From positions 65,224,001 through 65,288,000 of the forward strand of contig NC_134470.1 of the NCBI RefSeq assembly GCF_964194025.1: a stretch of DNA of 64,000 nucleotides, read 5' to 3'. Position 1 is the stretch's first letter; each line of letters starts with the position of its first letter. The notes under the pieces were generated by a model, which worked only from the letters and a program-made list of their open reading frames with translations, was not told the origin of the DNA and made no database searches. The stretch comes from Convolutriloba macropyga (taxonomy: Eukaryota). Positions 1-11,764 of the stretch are shown here, in pieces. The translations under genes were made by a program, and so were the position numbers.

Positions 1-2745
1 CAGGAAAGTTGATAGAGAAATTTTTTTTAATAATTGGCCCATGGCATTTAATGAAAACACTATATAAACTTCAAATGAAACTATATAGCGCAAGAGAATT
101 TTTGATTTTTGAGAGCAAAATCTCTTCTAAGCAATGAAAAATGATAGCATTTACTGGAAAATTCTGAATGTACGCTTTTAAATTATTCCACAATTTTAAA
201 GTTAGGAGATTGTTGAATGAAAACTAAAATGAATATTTGAGTCATTTTGTTTGCTATCAGTCAATTAAGATTCTAAAATCAAGTAAAAGAAAGTAATTTC
301 AGCTAAAAGCATATAGGAGTTCTTTTGACCTGTTTAACGTTGTTCTGCGTGTGCAGAAGCGGTCCCGCGCACTTGTAAGTTACTTTTTAAGTTCTAAATA
401 CGAAGAACTACCAATTGAACTCCAAAAAATTTCTAAATACGAAGAACTACCGAAAGAACTACCAAAGACAAAAAAAAACAATTGAACTCTCCTGTAGAAA
501 TTGAGTTGCTAAGCGTAAAACCTGGGTAAACAATTTACCGGAAAGCCAATGACAGAAACGATTCAATTAAACTCCTATGCAAAAAATAGACTGCCAAATG
601 TTTGAAGCTGACAAGAGAAGTGTCGATTTGATTTTTTTATCCGATGACAGTTACATACAACAACCACGTATAAAAACAACTATTGAGAAAACAAACAAAG
701 CATTTTGGCAGCTCCTGATTTACTGCTTGGAACCTTTGCCAAAACAAATGAAAAGAATATCAGCTTTTTCTGAGGGCAGCAGGTTTTGCTTACCAATAAG
801 GAACATGACCCAATATACGCAATAAAAATAAAAAAAATTGTAGCAATGAGAATATAGGCATGCAGAGAATTTATCTTTTTTTTAACAATCAGATAGAAGA
901 AAGTTTATTTTCCCTTCTTTTTACACAAAATGAAAAATTAACCAAAAAACATCAAGGATTATGATTAAAAAACAAACGAAGACAATCAGCCAAGTTGATC
1001 GAGAAATTCTTCTCAGCAAGTGACCTGGGGAAACCAATGAAAACAATAAGTAATTTTAAAATGCAACTTCATAGCGCTAGAGATTTTGTTATTTTTGAGA
1101 TCAAAACTTCTCCTAAAAAGAGAAAAACGATAGCTTTTACTGATGAATTCCAAATATTTCTCTTTTAATTTTTCCACAATTTTGAAGTCAACAGATTGTT
1201 ATATGAAAACTAAAATGAATTTTTGAGTCATTTTTTTCGCTAGTAGACAATTGAGATTCTGAAATTACACAAGAGAAAGTATATTCAGCGAAAAGCATGT
1301 AAGAATTGCTTTGACCGGTCTGACGTTATCCTGCGTGTGCAAAAGTCGTCCCGCGCACTTGTAACGCATTTTATTAAAATCCAAATGCAGCAATGAGAAC
1401 ATAGACATGCAGAGAAGTTATTTATGTTTTCAATAATCAGATAGAAGACAGTTGATTTTCCCTCCTTTTAACACATAATGACAAATAACCGAAAAACAAC
1501 AAAGACTGTTATTAAAAAACAAGTGAAGACCATCAGCAAAATTGATTGAGAAAATTTTCTCAATAAGTGACCCGGGGAATTCATTAAAAAAATAAGTAAA
1601 TTTAAAATGCAACTTAATAGCGCTATATAAATTATTATTTTTGAGATCAAAACCTCTTCTAAAAAGAGAAAAACGATAGCATTTACTGATAAATTCCAAA
1701 TGTTTCTTTTTACATTATTCTACAATTTTAAAATCAATAAGTTGTTATATTATAACTAAAATTACTTATTGAGTTATTTTGTTTTGCTAGTAGACAATTG
1801 AGAATCGAAAATCACACAAGAAAAGTAATTTCAGCTAAAAGCATATAAGAGATCTTTTGACCGGTCAAACGTTGTTCTGCGAGTGCAGAAGTCGTCCCGC
1901 CCACTTGTAATTTAATTTTTAAGTTCTAAATACGAAGAACTACCAATTGAACTCTGGTGCATGCCAAAATTTGGTCACACACTTTACCAAAATCCAAAAG
2001 CAGAAAAAAGTAAATTGAGTTCTCCTGCAGAAAAACCTGTGTAAACAATTTGCCGAAAATCCAATTTCAATTAAACTCCTATGCAAAAAATAGACTGCCG
2101 AAGGTTTGAAGTCAACAATGTCGATTTGATTTCTTTTTCGATGACAGTGACATACACCGACAGTGTATAAAAAAACCTAATTGGAAAACAAACAAAGTAT
2201 CTTGACAACTCCTGATTTACTGCTTGGAAACCCCGCCAAAACAAATTAAGTGAACATCAGCTTTTCTATGAGGGCAGCGGGTTTTAGTTACCACCAATGA
2301 GTTTGATCCAATACACGCAAAAACCAAAAAAGTAGCAATGAGAACATAGACATGCAGAGAAAATATTTTCATTTTGAACAATCAGACAGAAGACATTTTT
2401 TTCTTTTCTTTTTACACAAAATACAAAATAACGAGAAAACATCAAGGCTATGATTAATAAACATATGAAGACTATGAACAAATTTAATCGAAAAAATTTT
2501 CTCAATCAATGACCCGGGGCATTTAATGAAAACAAAAAAGATATTTAAAACGCAACTTCAAAGAGCAAGAGATTTCGTTAAGTTTGAGATCAAAACCTCT
2601 TCTAATAAGACAAAAATGGAGCATTTACCGCAAAAATCCAAATCTACGCTTTTAATTTAATCCACAGATTTAAAATCAAGAAATTGTTATATGAAAACTA
2701 AAACAACTTTGTGAGTTTATTTTGTTTTGCTAGCATACAATTGAG
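1..2745. repeat. Degenerate tandem array of a ~0.95-kb unit (one copy shortened to ~0.55 kb), probably in an AGA intron
   Basis: The marker ctgcg(t/a)gtgca.aag..gtcccgc.cacttgtaa recurs at ~346, ~1331 and ~1877. The marker gcaatgagaa.atag.catgcagagaa recurs at ~844, ~1390 and ~2335. Confidence 0.9.
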
Positions 2746-5700
2746 GCATGTCAATAAGGGATTAATTCAAACTTCAAAAAACAGTACGTCAGAACTCAAA
2801 GTTCAATATATTGAAATCAAAAGATTTCAGTAATATGAAAGGCTTTTGCAGCAACTGAAATCTGTGTATATGTCAATTTATGCTTCCGTTCAGAATCAAT
2901 GAAACAGACAAGCAATGAGACTTAAAGAACTTACTAAAAAATAAACAACATATACAAGACGAAACTCAACACAGGCCATAAAAAACAGCAGCCCCTAACT
3001 TTGATTTTCAATGAGTTCTCTGAGGCCGGGTTAATCTCACTTTAATTATGTTGCCGGAAATGAGAGCCTGTCAATTATGCGATTGTATGGTATGAATACA
3101 AAATAGAAAATACGAGCAGTAGTCGATATTCACAATTGTTTTGTGAAAAAGGTGTCAAAATCACACTAAAAACAATGGAATTCAAGTGATGAATTACAAC
3201 AAACGCATACATGCATCATTAGACACAATACATGCATCAACCTTTATAGTTTTAGCACGCACATCATGAACAAAAACTGAAAGAAATTAGAAATTAAGGT
3301 TCCTCGTTTCACTTCAAAAGGATTGTGAAAAACGAAGTTTTTAAACGCCTTTCGTTGCCTGTTCATTGTTCCATTGTCATAAGTTTGATTTCTTTGTATC
3401 ATCAAAAAGTCCCAAAAAAAATGTAATTAGGTCCTTAAAAAGACAGCACGCAATTTAATTTAACCGTATTGACTTGCTTACAACCACAATGAGAGCACCT
3501 GTTCCCTTGTTATGGCTTTTCCACTTATATAAAAAAAGTAATTAGTTTAAAAAATAATGCTAAATCTGGAATACGTCAAAAATGACACAAAGGCGTCAAA
3601 CTGACCTACATTAGCAGGAAGACCGTCAAAAATACTGCTCAAATATTTTGCTAGACAATAGAGGTTCAACTTATGTCAAAATTAGCCATCGTATTGCAAA
3701 AACAACAAGAGAGATAATTAGGAAATCCTATTTCTTTGTAAATGTTCAACAATAGTATAGCAGTAAATTTTTTTCGGCATACCACGACACAATTTGAGCA
3801 AAAAAATTCAAATGATTGACCAAAAACGGGGAAAATCAGCCAATTCTTACTAAAAAGTACCGATAACTTATAATTCCAGAAGGCCTCATAATTTTTTATT
3901 GGTTTCGGGTTCTCGAATGATACAATTCCCATTTCTCTAAGAAAGATAATACATGGTTTCAGAAAGAAAAAGAAACCATGTTGAGCTGATAATTACTCCC
4001 CTGAGCTTGGGGTCGAAAAAAATATGTTGAACTCATGAGCAGGACACTATAATCTCCGATAGTTTATCGTTAATGCTGTAAAAGAAGTTCCAAGCAAAGC
4101 TGAAAATAATTTAGGTTTCGAAACACTTTTGTACTGTCAAATCTGAAAAAGCTCTAAATTCAAAATCATTGCCTGGGAAAATTCGCTATTCTACGCAAAC
4201 TTAATTATAATTCCAAGAAAATGAATTGTTTTGGTAAGAACTGGATTGTATTGGTGCTCTTTATTTCTTCTATAATCCAAGAATTGGATTGTATTGTTTC
4301 TCTATCTCGTTTTTTGTAAGATGTGTTCGCAGTTTTTCTATAACTTTGAGCTTTCAAAGAAAACGGGATAAACATGTAACGTTAAATAGGTATTAGGTTT
4401 TGCTAGAAGCCCTGAGCTGGCTTGAGTAGACTCTCAAGTGCTTGAATATGCTCGGAAGGCCTATAATCAAAATGAAAATGTCATTTTTGAAGTTTTTGCG
4501 AAAAAAATGGTTCAACTTTTCACTGTTTTTGGTCATTTTTGAGTTTTTTGCTACCAGGGTATAACGCTTTTAGCACTGTCAATATTTTTTAGTTTCCCGG
4601 AAATTTCTCAGACTCTACTATTTGGCTGTCATTGTTCAATCGGTCGGACGGTCAGGGCTAGTAATTTTTAGTTTTTCAATCAATTCTTTGGGTTATAAAT
4701 CAGTTGTAAATTGGGTGATACCACTGTTCAAATAATGCATAATTTTGGATTTTTTGAGCCAAATAGGGCAATTAATAATTTTCAAGACTTAGAGGCTATT
4801 TGTAAAAAAAAAATTTGTGATTTTGTTGCTTTTGCATGTTTTTGTAGTCCTTTTTGTTTTTTTGTTATTTAATGACGGTGATGACGTATCTCAATGGCTC
4901 TCTGTTGAAGTTTATTCAAATTGGTTCACTGATTAAGCGGAACTCATAACAGTTTTAGCAAATTTGACACACTTGTTTTGAAACAAACTACAGGAATTTT
5001 TGGATTATTACTTTTTATTGTATTTTCTATCGTTCATATCGAACGGTTTTCACAACTTTCACACGACTTGGGTTCATAAATTATTGTTTTCTTTTTGGAT
5101 TTCGCCTATTTTTTGTTGTCTGTTGCATCTGTCACTTCGTGTCTTTAATGGTAGATTTCACTGGCTTTTCTATTAAGCATGTTTGATTCTATCTAATTTT
5201 TCAACTTAAAATTGATGGTTTTAACGGATTTGAAAAGACTTTTTTCCCAAAAAAAATGTTTTTTCTTAGATTTTCCTATTTCTGGTGTATTTTTCTATGT
5301 TCTGTCGCTTTTTGTCACCAATGAAACATCTTTATGTTCTCCAATGAATTAGTTGTGAACTAAATTGACGTTTTTTTCATAGCTAATTTTTCTCACGGAT
5401 TTGACGTGACTTTTTTTTTAAAAAAAGATCTTTTGGATTTTGCCCGTTTTTCGTTATTGTTTTTGCTTGTTCTGTTGTATAGTCACTAAAAAGTAGATCT
5501 CATTTGATCTCCCGTCAGAAAAAAAAATCTAAAAACTTTCACTTCTGTTACAGTTTTTAATATTATAGATATTAGATGTATGTTTTAAAAATTTTTTGAA
5601 ATTTGATTGTTGTCTGCATTTGATGCTACTTCTGTTACATTGTACCTCATTTTTAATTGTTTTAAAATAAGTGGATATTGCATTCTCTCTATGCATAGTA

Positions 5701-6960
5701 AATAAGGTTGATGAGTACAGGTTTTTCGCATTATTCGATGACTTTGATGGGACTTATTTGAAATGAAATTGTACAAAAGAAGTTATTTTCCATTTCTTTG
5801 TTGTCCCTTAAATAGATATTTCAGTGGTTTTATACAAAGTTGACGTTTGCTGTCTAACTTTCCATTTTTTAAAAGTCTTTCGAATTTGACGGTCTTAAGT
5901 TTAACAATTTAGATAAAGCTATAATTTCCTAAAAGTGAAAAAAAATTACTTTGGTTTTAGATTTTAGCAGTGTTCTGTCTACTTTCGTGGACGTGGTCGT
6001 TCAAGATTTGTTTATAATCGAAGGCTGCACTTTTAACGAGGCTTATATTTTGTCCTTTTTTCGTCCAATTCCTTGAATTGTTGTACAATACTTGTTCTGC
6101 TAGGTTATTTTGTAGAAATTCCATGGGACAAGGAGTTGGACAAAGAATTGACAAAGAAAAAACACTACGGTAATATGAACAGTCAACTTATTCGTATAGA
6201 AGTAATCATCTTGAATTGAAATTTATTTCAACCATATCATGTTACTCAAAAAGGAAGCTATGTTTATTGGTAGTATGAGATTTGAGTCTATGATGACTAC
6301 GGAAGTGCTTTTCCGTACCCTTTAGTATAAGTAATAATTATTCGTTTGCAATTATGTTTGTAACTTGTTCTTTGTATTCTATTGCTGTGAATATTAAGTT
6401 TTCAGTTGAAAAACGAATTAATCAAAAATTTAATAGTTTCTTTTGCTATTTGTTTCTCAATTATGGCAAAAATACTAAGATTGGATGTACAGATAGCAAC
6501 ATAAATTTCAATTTATTTCAATTTATTCTTTCTTTTATCCGAAAAGTCAAAAACTCAAAAAGGTATATATTGAGTTTTTCCCAATTTCTGCGTCTGTCTC
6601 TTTGTAATTTGATATATTTCTACTCAAAATTTTGATAAATAAATCTCAATCTTTGCTGAAAACCTATTTTGACTACCGGAAAGGGAAAAATAACCATAAA
6701 TCGTATTGTGTAGTAGAACTATTGATATTTTGGACTGTCATGAAATCAGAAATCTTTTCAAAAGTTCTCCCTTTTGTTACTTTTAACCAAAAAATTAAGC
6801 GTTAACAATTTAACAAAAAAATAAATCGTAAATTTTTATACCATTTTCACCAGCTCGGTGCATTCTGCATCCATCCAGCTATGTTTAACTTTTTGTCTTT
6901 TTAAATTTGGGCAACTAATTTCCATTGCAGGCTTAATACTGGTGAGGTGAAATGGCTAAC

Positions 6961-7047
6961 CGTAGTGCCATCGAATATCATGGCATCCAGGGTAACCTCG
7001 CCTTGCTCGTCTGGATCGCCACCCCAGCCTACAGTGCCATTGCAGTC
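6961..7047 (-). CDS. AGA: Aspartylglucosaminidase exon 3 (gene probably continues beyond the window start)
   Basis: Acceptor tttag, donor GTTAGC, phase 0/0. Encodes [29 protein letters not shown], matching AGA CDGSVGFGGSPDE.GETTLDAMIMDGTT. I recognised no further AGA exon in 1-6960. Confidence 0.92.
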
Positions 7048-9240
7048 CTAAACGTTAGAACACTTTCTTACAACCTGACCTCTATTTGCTCTTCTCAATA
7101 GATCTTATCACAACAGTTGAGCAAATTTTGCTATTCAGCAACAGGACTTGAACTTCAGATTAAATCAATTAGTTTTAGTTCCAAAAAATTTCCTGCTCAT
7201 AACTGACTATCTAGTTTGGGTTATTTTCCTCCACCTTTGGGAAGAGCATTTCAAAAATCTGTTCTATGGAATATAAAGAATGATCGGCAGAGCGATCAGA
7301 AAAATTCAGCAAAAATAGTCAATTTAAAGGCCAACAGCCAATGAAGTCTTTTTTCATAATTGCCTAGATCGTATAAATTAATGTTTCATAGAAAAGAAAA
7401 CATGACATTCGTTAAAATTTTCATTTTTTAAAAGATTTCTTTCTAACATACTGCACTTCTAATCAATTTTAACAAAATTAATATCTTGTCACATTGAGTT
7501 AATTTCTGCTTGCCTATTATTATTCCGTTTCCGGTCTTCTTTCATTGAACACAATTAAAGCAAATGTAATTTTTATATTGTTGCCGGGAGCTGAAATCAG
7601 AAAATTGAATTAGACAAAAGAGTTTTTCAGAAGATTATCAATGTTTTATCGCTCTACATAATAAATGGGTTTTCCTGACCAGGAGTTACTATAGTTGGCA
7701 GATCGCAAAACAACAAACATGTTAGAGAGCATGTTTTTTTTGCAAATTTGTTTCGGATCCTCTTATTTTCGGTCACTTCACTGTGAAAAACACTTTTAAG
7801 TTAGCTCTCCATACAATCAGAACAATTATATTAACGCAACCTAACAAAGAAATGTGTTCAAAGTACTGATATAAAAAAAACTTTTTTTACGATATATTCC
7901 TGGTCCGTACTATAGATACTTAAACGACGGGGATAAATTTGGGATCACATGTATAATTTGAGAGTTCAACCCCTAGTTCTGCACTTGGTATATAGTCAAT
8001 GACAGATTAATGATAATTAAAGGCAAGTATGAATTCATAATGATTAAATGCAAGTATGATTGTTTCCTTACACGACATCAAATGTGAACCGAGCGTGAAG
8101 GGATAAAGTCTTTATACTGGGCGAGTTTAAAGAAAGTTCAGATAACGCAAGTTGAGTAAATTTAATTTTTTTCTATCTCAGCTAGAATTTAGGAGAAATT
8201 AGATAGTCAGATTGGACTTGCCTCAAATCCAATATTTACGCTAAATTTCAAATTCTTTCTGACTGAAAAAAAAATATTAAGTGAAAAATTGTCACGTTTT
8301 ATAATTTAAGATTTAAGCAAAAGCTAACAGCACGGGAATGTAATATTTTACTGCAATGTTTAGGGACCTAAAAGTTTTGATAGCTCAGTGTGCAAGCTTC
8401 GTGTCTACTATTTGACACGTCGTTTCTAGTGTCCTATTGGATAGAGACAAGGATGTCGACAGTGGTATCAAAACTTGTTTGCTATTCTCATGGTGATATG
8501 GTGTTATCAAATCATGATGGTATTCTCTAGAGTTTGTTTTTTTTTCAAATAGTAGTTTCTCAAAACTGTGTGGAAATTGTTCACGTAATACAATGGACTT
8601 TGTTCCAGTCGAAATTTTGCTTCACGTACTTTACTTTGATTCTTAATCGAATTTCGCAAATTTATCATGCTTTTTTAATGAGTGTAGCACACTTCAGAAT
8701 ACTGAATTTGCAATTTTTTACAATTTTACACTGAATTTTACAATTTCGGTCGCTCATAACCTAATTAGCAATGATTGTTTTACTCTCCAATTGTGTCATG
8801 CAATCATTAAAAATTGGGCCCAAAAACTGCTACTATACCAACTGTTTCAGAAAGCAGGTGGCTCTCTTTATCGACAATAAATTTGAGAGCTGTGAAAAAC
8901 TCAGCCTTCAGCTTTTCAAAATTTTCCAGATTACTATTGCTGACAAAACTCGTTTTTGTACAAAGTTTGTGACAATTTTTTTTTGCTTCGATCAGTAAAT
9001 CCTTTTAACTCCCGAGATCAGAATTTTCCCGCAAATTGAAGATATACCAATGGTCTGATTTATTCAGATAGAAATATGCGAAACACAATGTAATGACAGG
9101 AAAAGCTATGTCTCATTTCATTAGCCTCAGCAACAGATGCACACAATTGGCTAACGAAAAATTAATCTCTATTGTTATTGCTAAAAATAGGATAACTGTT
9201 GGGCTTAGCTGGATTCATATCAAGCTATAAATAACCCTAC

Positions 9241-9377
9241 CGTTGGTTCCTTTTTCTCCTCACAGACATTACACCCTCTCTCCACTGCATCTAAGACACT
9301 CCCTGTTTGTGCAAGTGTATTCCATGCAACCTCATTCGCCACATACCCAAATGCCCACGTGTTCAACACTATCTGTC
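9241..9377 (-). CDS. AGA: Aspartylglucosaminidase (N4-(beta-N-acetylglucosaminyl)-L-asparaginase) exon 2
   Basis: Acceptor tttag, donor GTAGGG. Encodes QIVLNTWAFGYVANEVAWNTLAQTGSVLDAVERGCNVCEEKKEPT, matching the AGA N-terminus (VVNTWPF..A..AAW..L..GGSALDAVE.GC..CE). Not in the ORF track. Confidence 0.9.
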
Positions 9378-10505
9378 CTAAAGTTTATTGAAGCAGGTTC
9401 TTCTTCATGTCGATCAGTTTAAGTAAAAATCTATTTGATAGGCGACATAAGACTTCGCAAAATTCATCGATGAACAGCTTAAATGAATTCAATATCGGAA
9501 TTGTGTACGTGTAAGATCGATGAAGTTTGTAAAAAAAATTCACTCAAGTTATCTTCCGATTTTACTCAATTTAAAGATTATTTTGTACCCGCTCTCCCTT
9601 ATGTTTGAAAACATAGCAAATTTTAGCTCATAAAAGTGTCTCAGTCGATACATTCCCTAATAATTATAAGCTTACTGTTATCTAGGTAGAGCAACTTTTT
9701 TAAAGCCATATATGGTAAAAACAATTTTGCGCGTTGTTTAAAGATTATACCAAATTGCCAAATAATGACAAGCGACATTTTAAGTGCTGCTTTCTGATCA
9801 AGGTAATCAATTTCTCGCTCAGATTCAAGTTTTCAAAAATCTAACACAATTAGGCAACTGAAATCTATTTGAAAGTGCTCTAGTTACATTATAAAAGCGC
9901 GATAAAAAATTCAGTAAAAATTGAGCTCGCATTAGAGATACCTTCTGAAACCGAACAGATCCAAAACACTTTTTGAAAACTTCACAAAACTTTTATTGTT
10001 ATATTAATTGTAGTATGCAAGGAGAAGTAATCTGTCTCACAAACTATAATTTTATCATAATTTTTACTATTTTTTATTATCAATACTACTAAAATATTAT
10101 TATATCTCTATTATTTTGAACTTTTGAAATTTAATTTTTTTCATTTTAAATTTTTGAGCATTTAAAAATCACTTAAAACTGTTTCAATTACATGATTGCG
10201 GTATGTATGCAGAAGTTTCATTATTTTTCTTGAAAAAACCTAAGCTAATGCGTATAGTATAAAGCGCTCATAAAATCAGTCATCCTTCAATATCCGTTCG
10301 AAAATTCTTGACATTTCTGGCTATGAATAAGCGTTCGAAAATTGGGCTGAAACGGAGTAAGTTTATCTAATTCATACATCTTACTTGAGTTCAAAATGTT
10401 TCCGCCTAAATAAAAGGAATCTACTGTAAAGACAAATGTGAATTATCCGTGTTATTTGAACTTTTAAATGAAAATATGTGGTTTGATCCACATTATTGAC
10501 ATTAA

Positions 10506-11597
10506 TCCAGGTTGAGGTGCCATCAGTGACCTCTGATCAGACCCTGCCAGACGAAGGTAACCTCTGATCAGACCATCCCAGACCAAAATGTCCACTAATC
10601 AGAGTGAAGTGCGCTCGAACCACCGTGTGCACTCAGAGTGCACTCGAAGTCGTCTCTGATCAGACTTTGCCAGACGCAAATGACCTCTGATCAGACTGAA
10701 ATCAAGCCAATGTCCTGACGATTGTGCGATCATAGCCCAGACCAAACCCAGACCATTGTCCATGCGCTTCTGCGCACAAAAGTACATCTGATCAGCGTAT
10801 TGTGCACTCGAAAGCGACTCCTGATCCGACTATTGTGCGCTTGAAATCGCCTCTGACAAGACACAATTGTGCTCAAAATTTTCTGATCAATGAATGATTT
10901 TCACCATGAATGAATCTCGTTAATTTTGCTAAAATTTATTTATTTCATAAGAATTGAATTTTGCAGTTTTAAATTTATCTAAGGAAAAACCAATTCTTGC
11001 TAATAAAAAAATCCAATTGTTGAGAGAAACAATTTAATTAGTATATCATTAGTTCATGTTTTTGACTCAATGGATGAACTTAGACAGCTTTCCATATAAA
11101 ACGTCGTGGTCTTCAGTTAACCAAAATTTCCTCCTAAATCGACCGGCATTTGCTTGCTATCAGCTGCACCCCTTAGGTTCTGATTAGAGCCTTCAGACTC
11201 TGGATGTGTCTCTGATCAGAATGCTGCTCTTTTGTTGCCTCTTTGCAGAGCAAAATCCTCTCAGTCAAAAAAATACAAGAGAATGAAAGTGAAAAAATGT
11301 AATCGAAATGGTCTGTGATCAGACCCAATTGCGCTCAAAATCTTCTCTGATCAGACTAATGTGCGCTTGAATTTGCAACCGATCAAACCCTTCCAAGAGG
11401 AAATGGCCTCTCATCAGACCATAACCATCTGGAACTGACCTCTGATTAGACCATCCCCAGATCTAAGCGACCTTTGATCATACTATTGTGCGCTCGAACC
11501 AAATCCCAGACCTTGTAGTTTTTGTCTGTAAACACACCCTGTGCCTTGAACTTGGTCCTGATCAGAGGTCACTTCCGTCTGGCACCTCAGCCTGGGA
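10506..11597. mobile_element. ~1.1-kb non-autonomous TIR element with internal arrays of the TCTGATCAGA palindrome
   Basis: The left end ccaggttgaggtgcca..agtgacctctgatcag is the inverse of the right end ctgatcagaggtcact..tggcacctcagcctgg. About 15 degenerate ctctgatcagac copies occur at ~31-bp spacing. Confidence 0.7.
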
Positions 11598-11688
11598 AGT
11601 GTTAATCTTAGGATGTAGACGTAAAAAAATTTCAGTGAAAAGTTTGAATGGAAAAAAATTATTGAAAAAATACAATTCATTTCCTTAC

Positions 11689-11764
11689 CATTTATCCCCG
11701 TCACATAAACAGAGAGTATGCACATTATCATGATGTCAAATTTATCACATCCACAATAATTCAT
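11689..11764 (-). CDS. AGA: Aspartylglucosaminidase exon 1 (putative signal peptide MNYCGCDKFDIMIMCILSVYVTGING)
   Basis: ATG at 11764 (alternative ATG at 11731), a hydrophobic stretch, and a strong donor G|GTAAGG at 11688 in phase 1. This matches the phase-1 acceptor of exon 2 (G+GA=Gly, then QIVLNTW). Confidence 0.65.

Noticed and set aside
10530-11570. CRISPR-like array (palindromic repeat with variable spacers)
   Set aside because: The context is eukaryotic and intronic, the repeat core is only ~10-12 bp and degenerate, the spacers resemble each other, and there are no cas genes.
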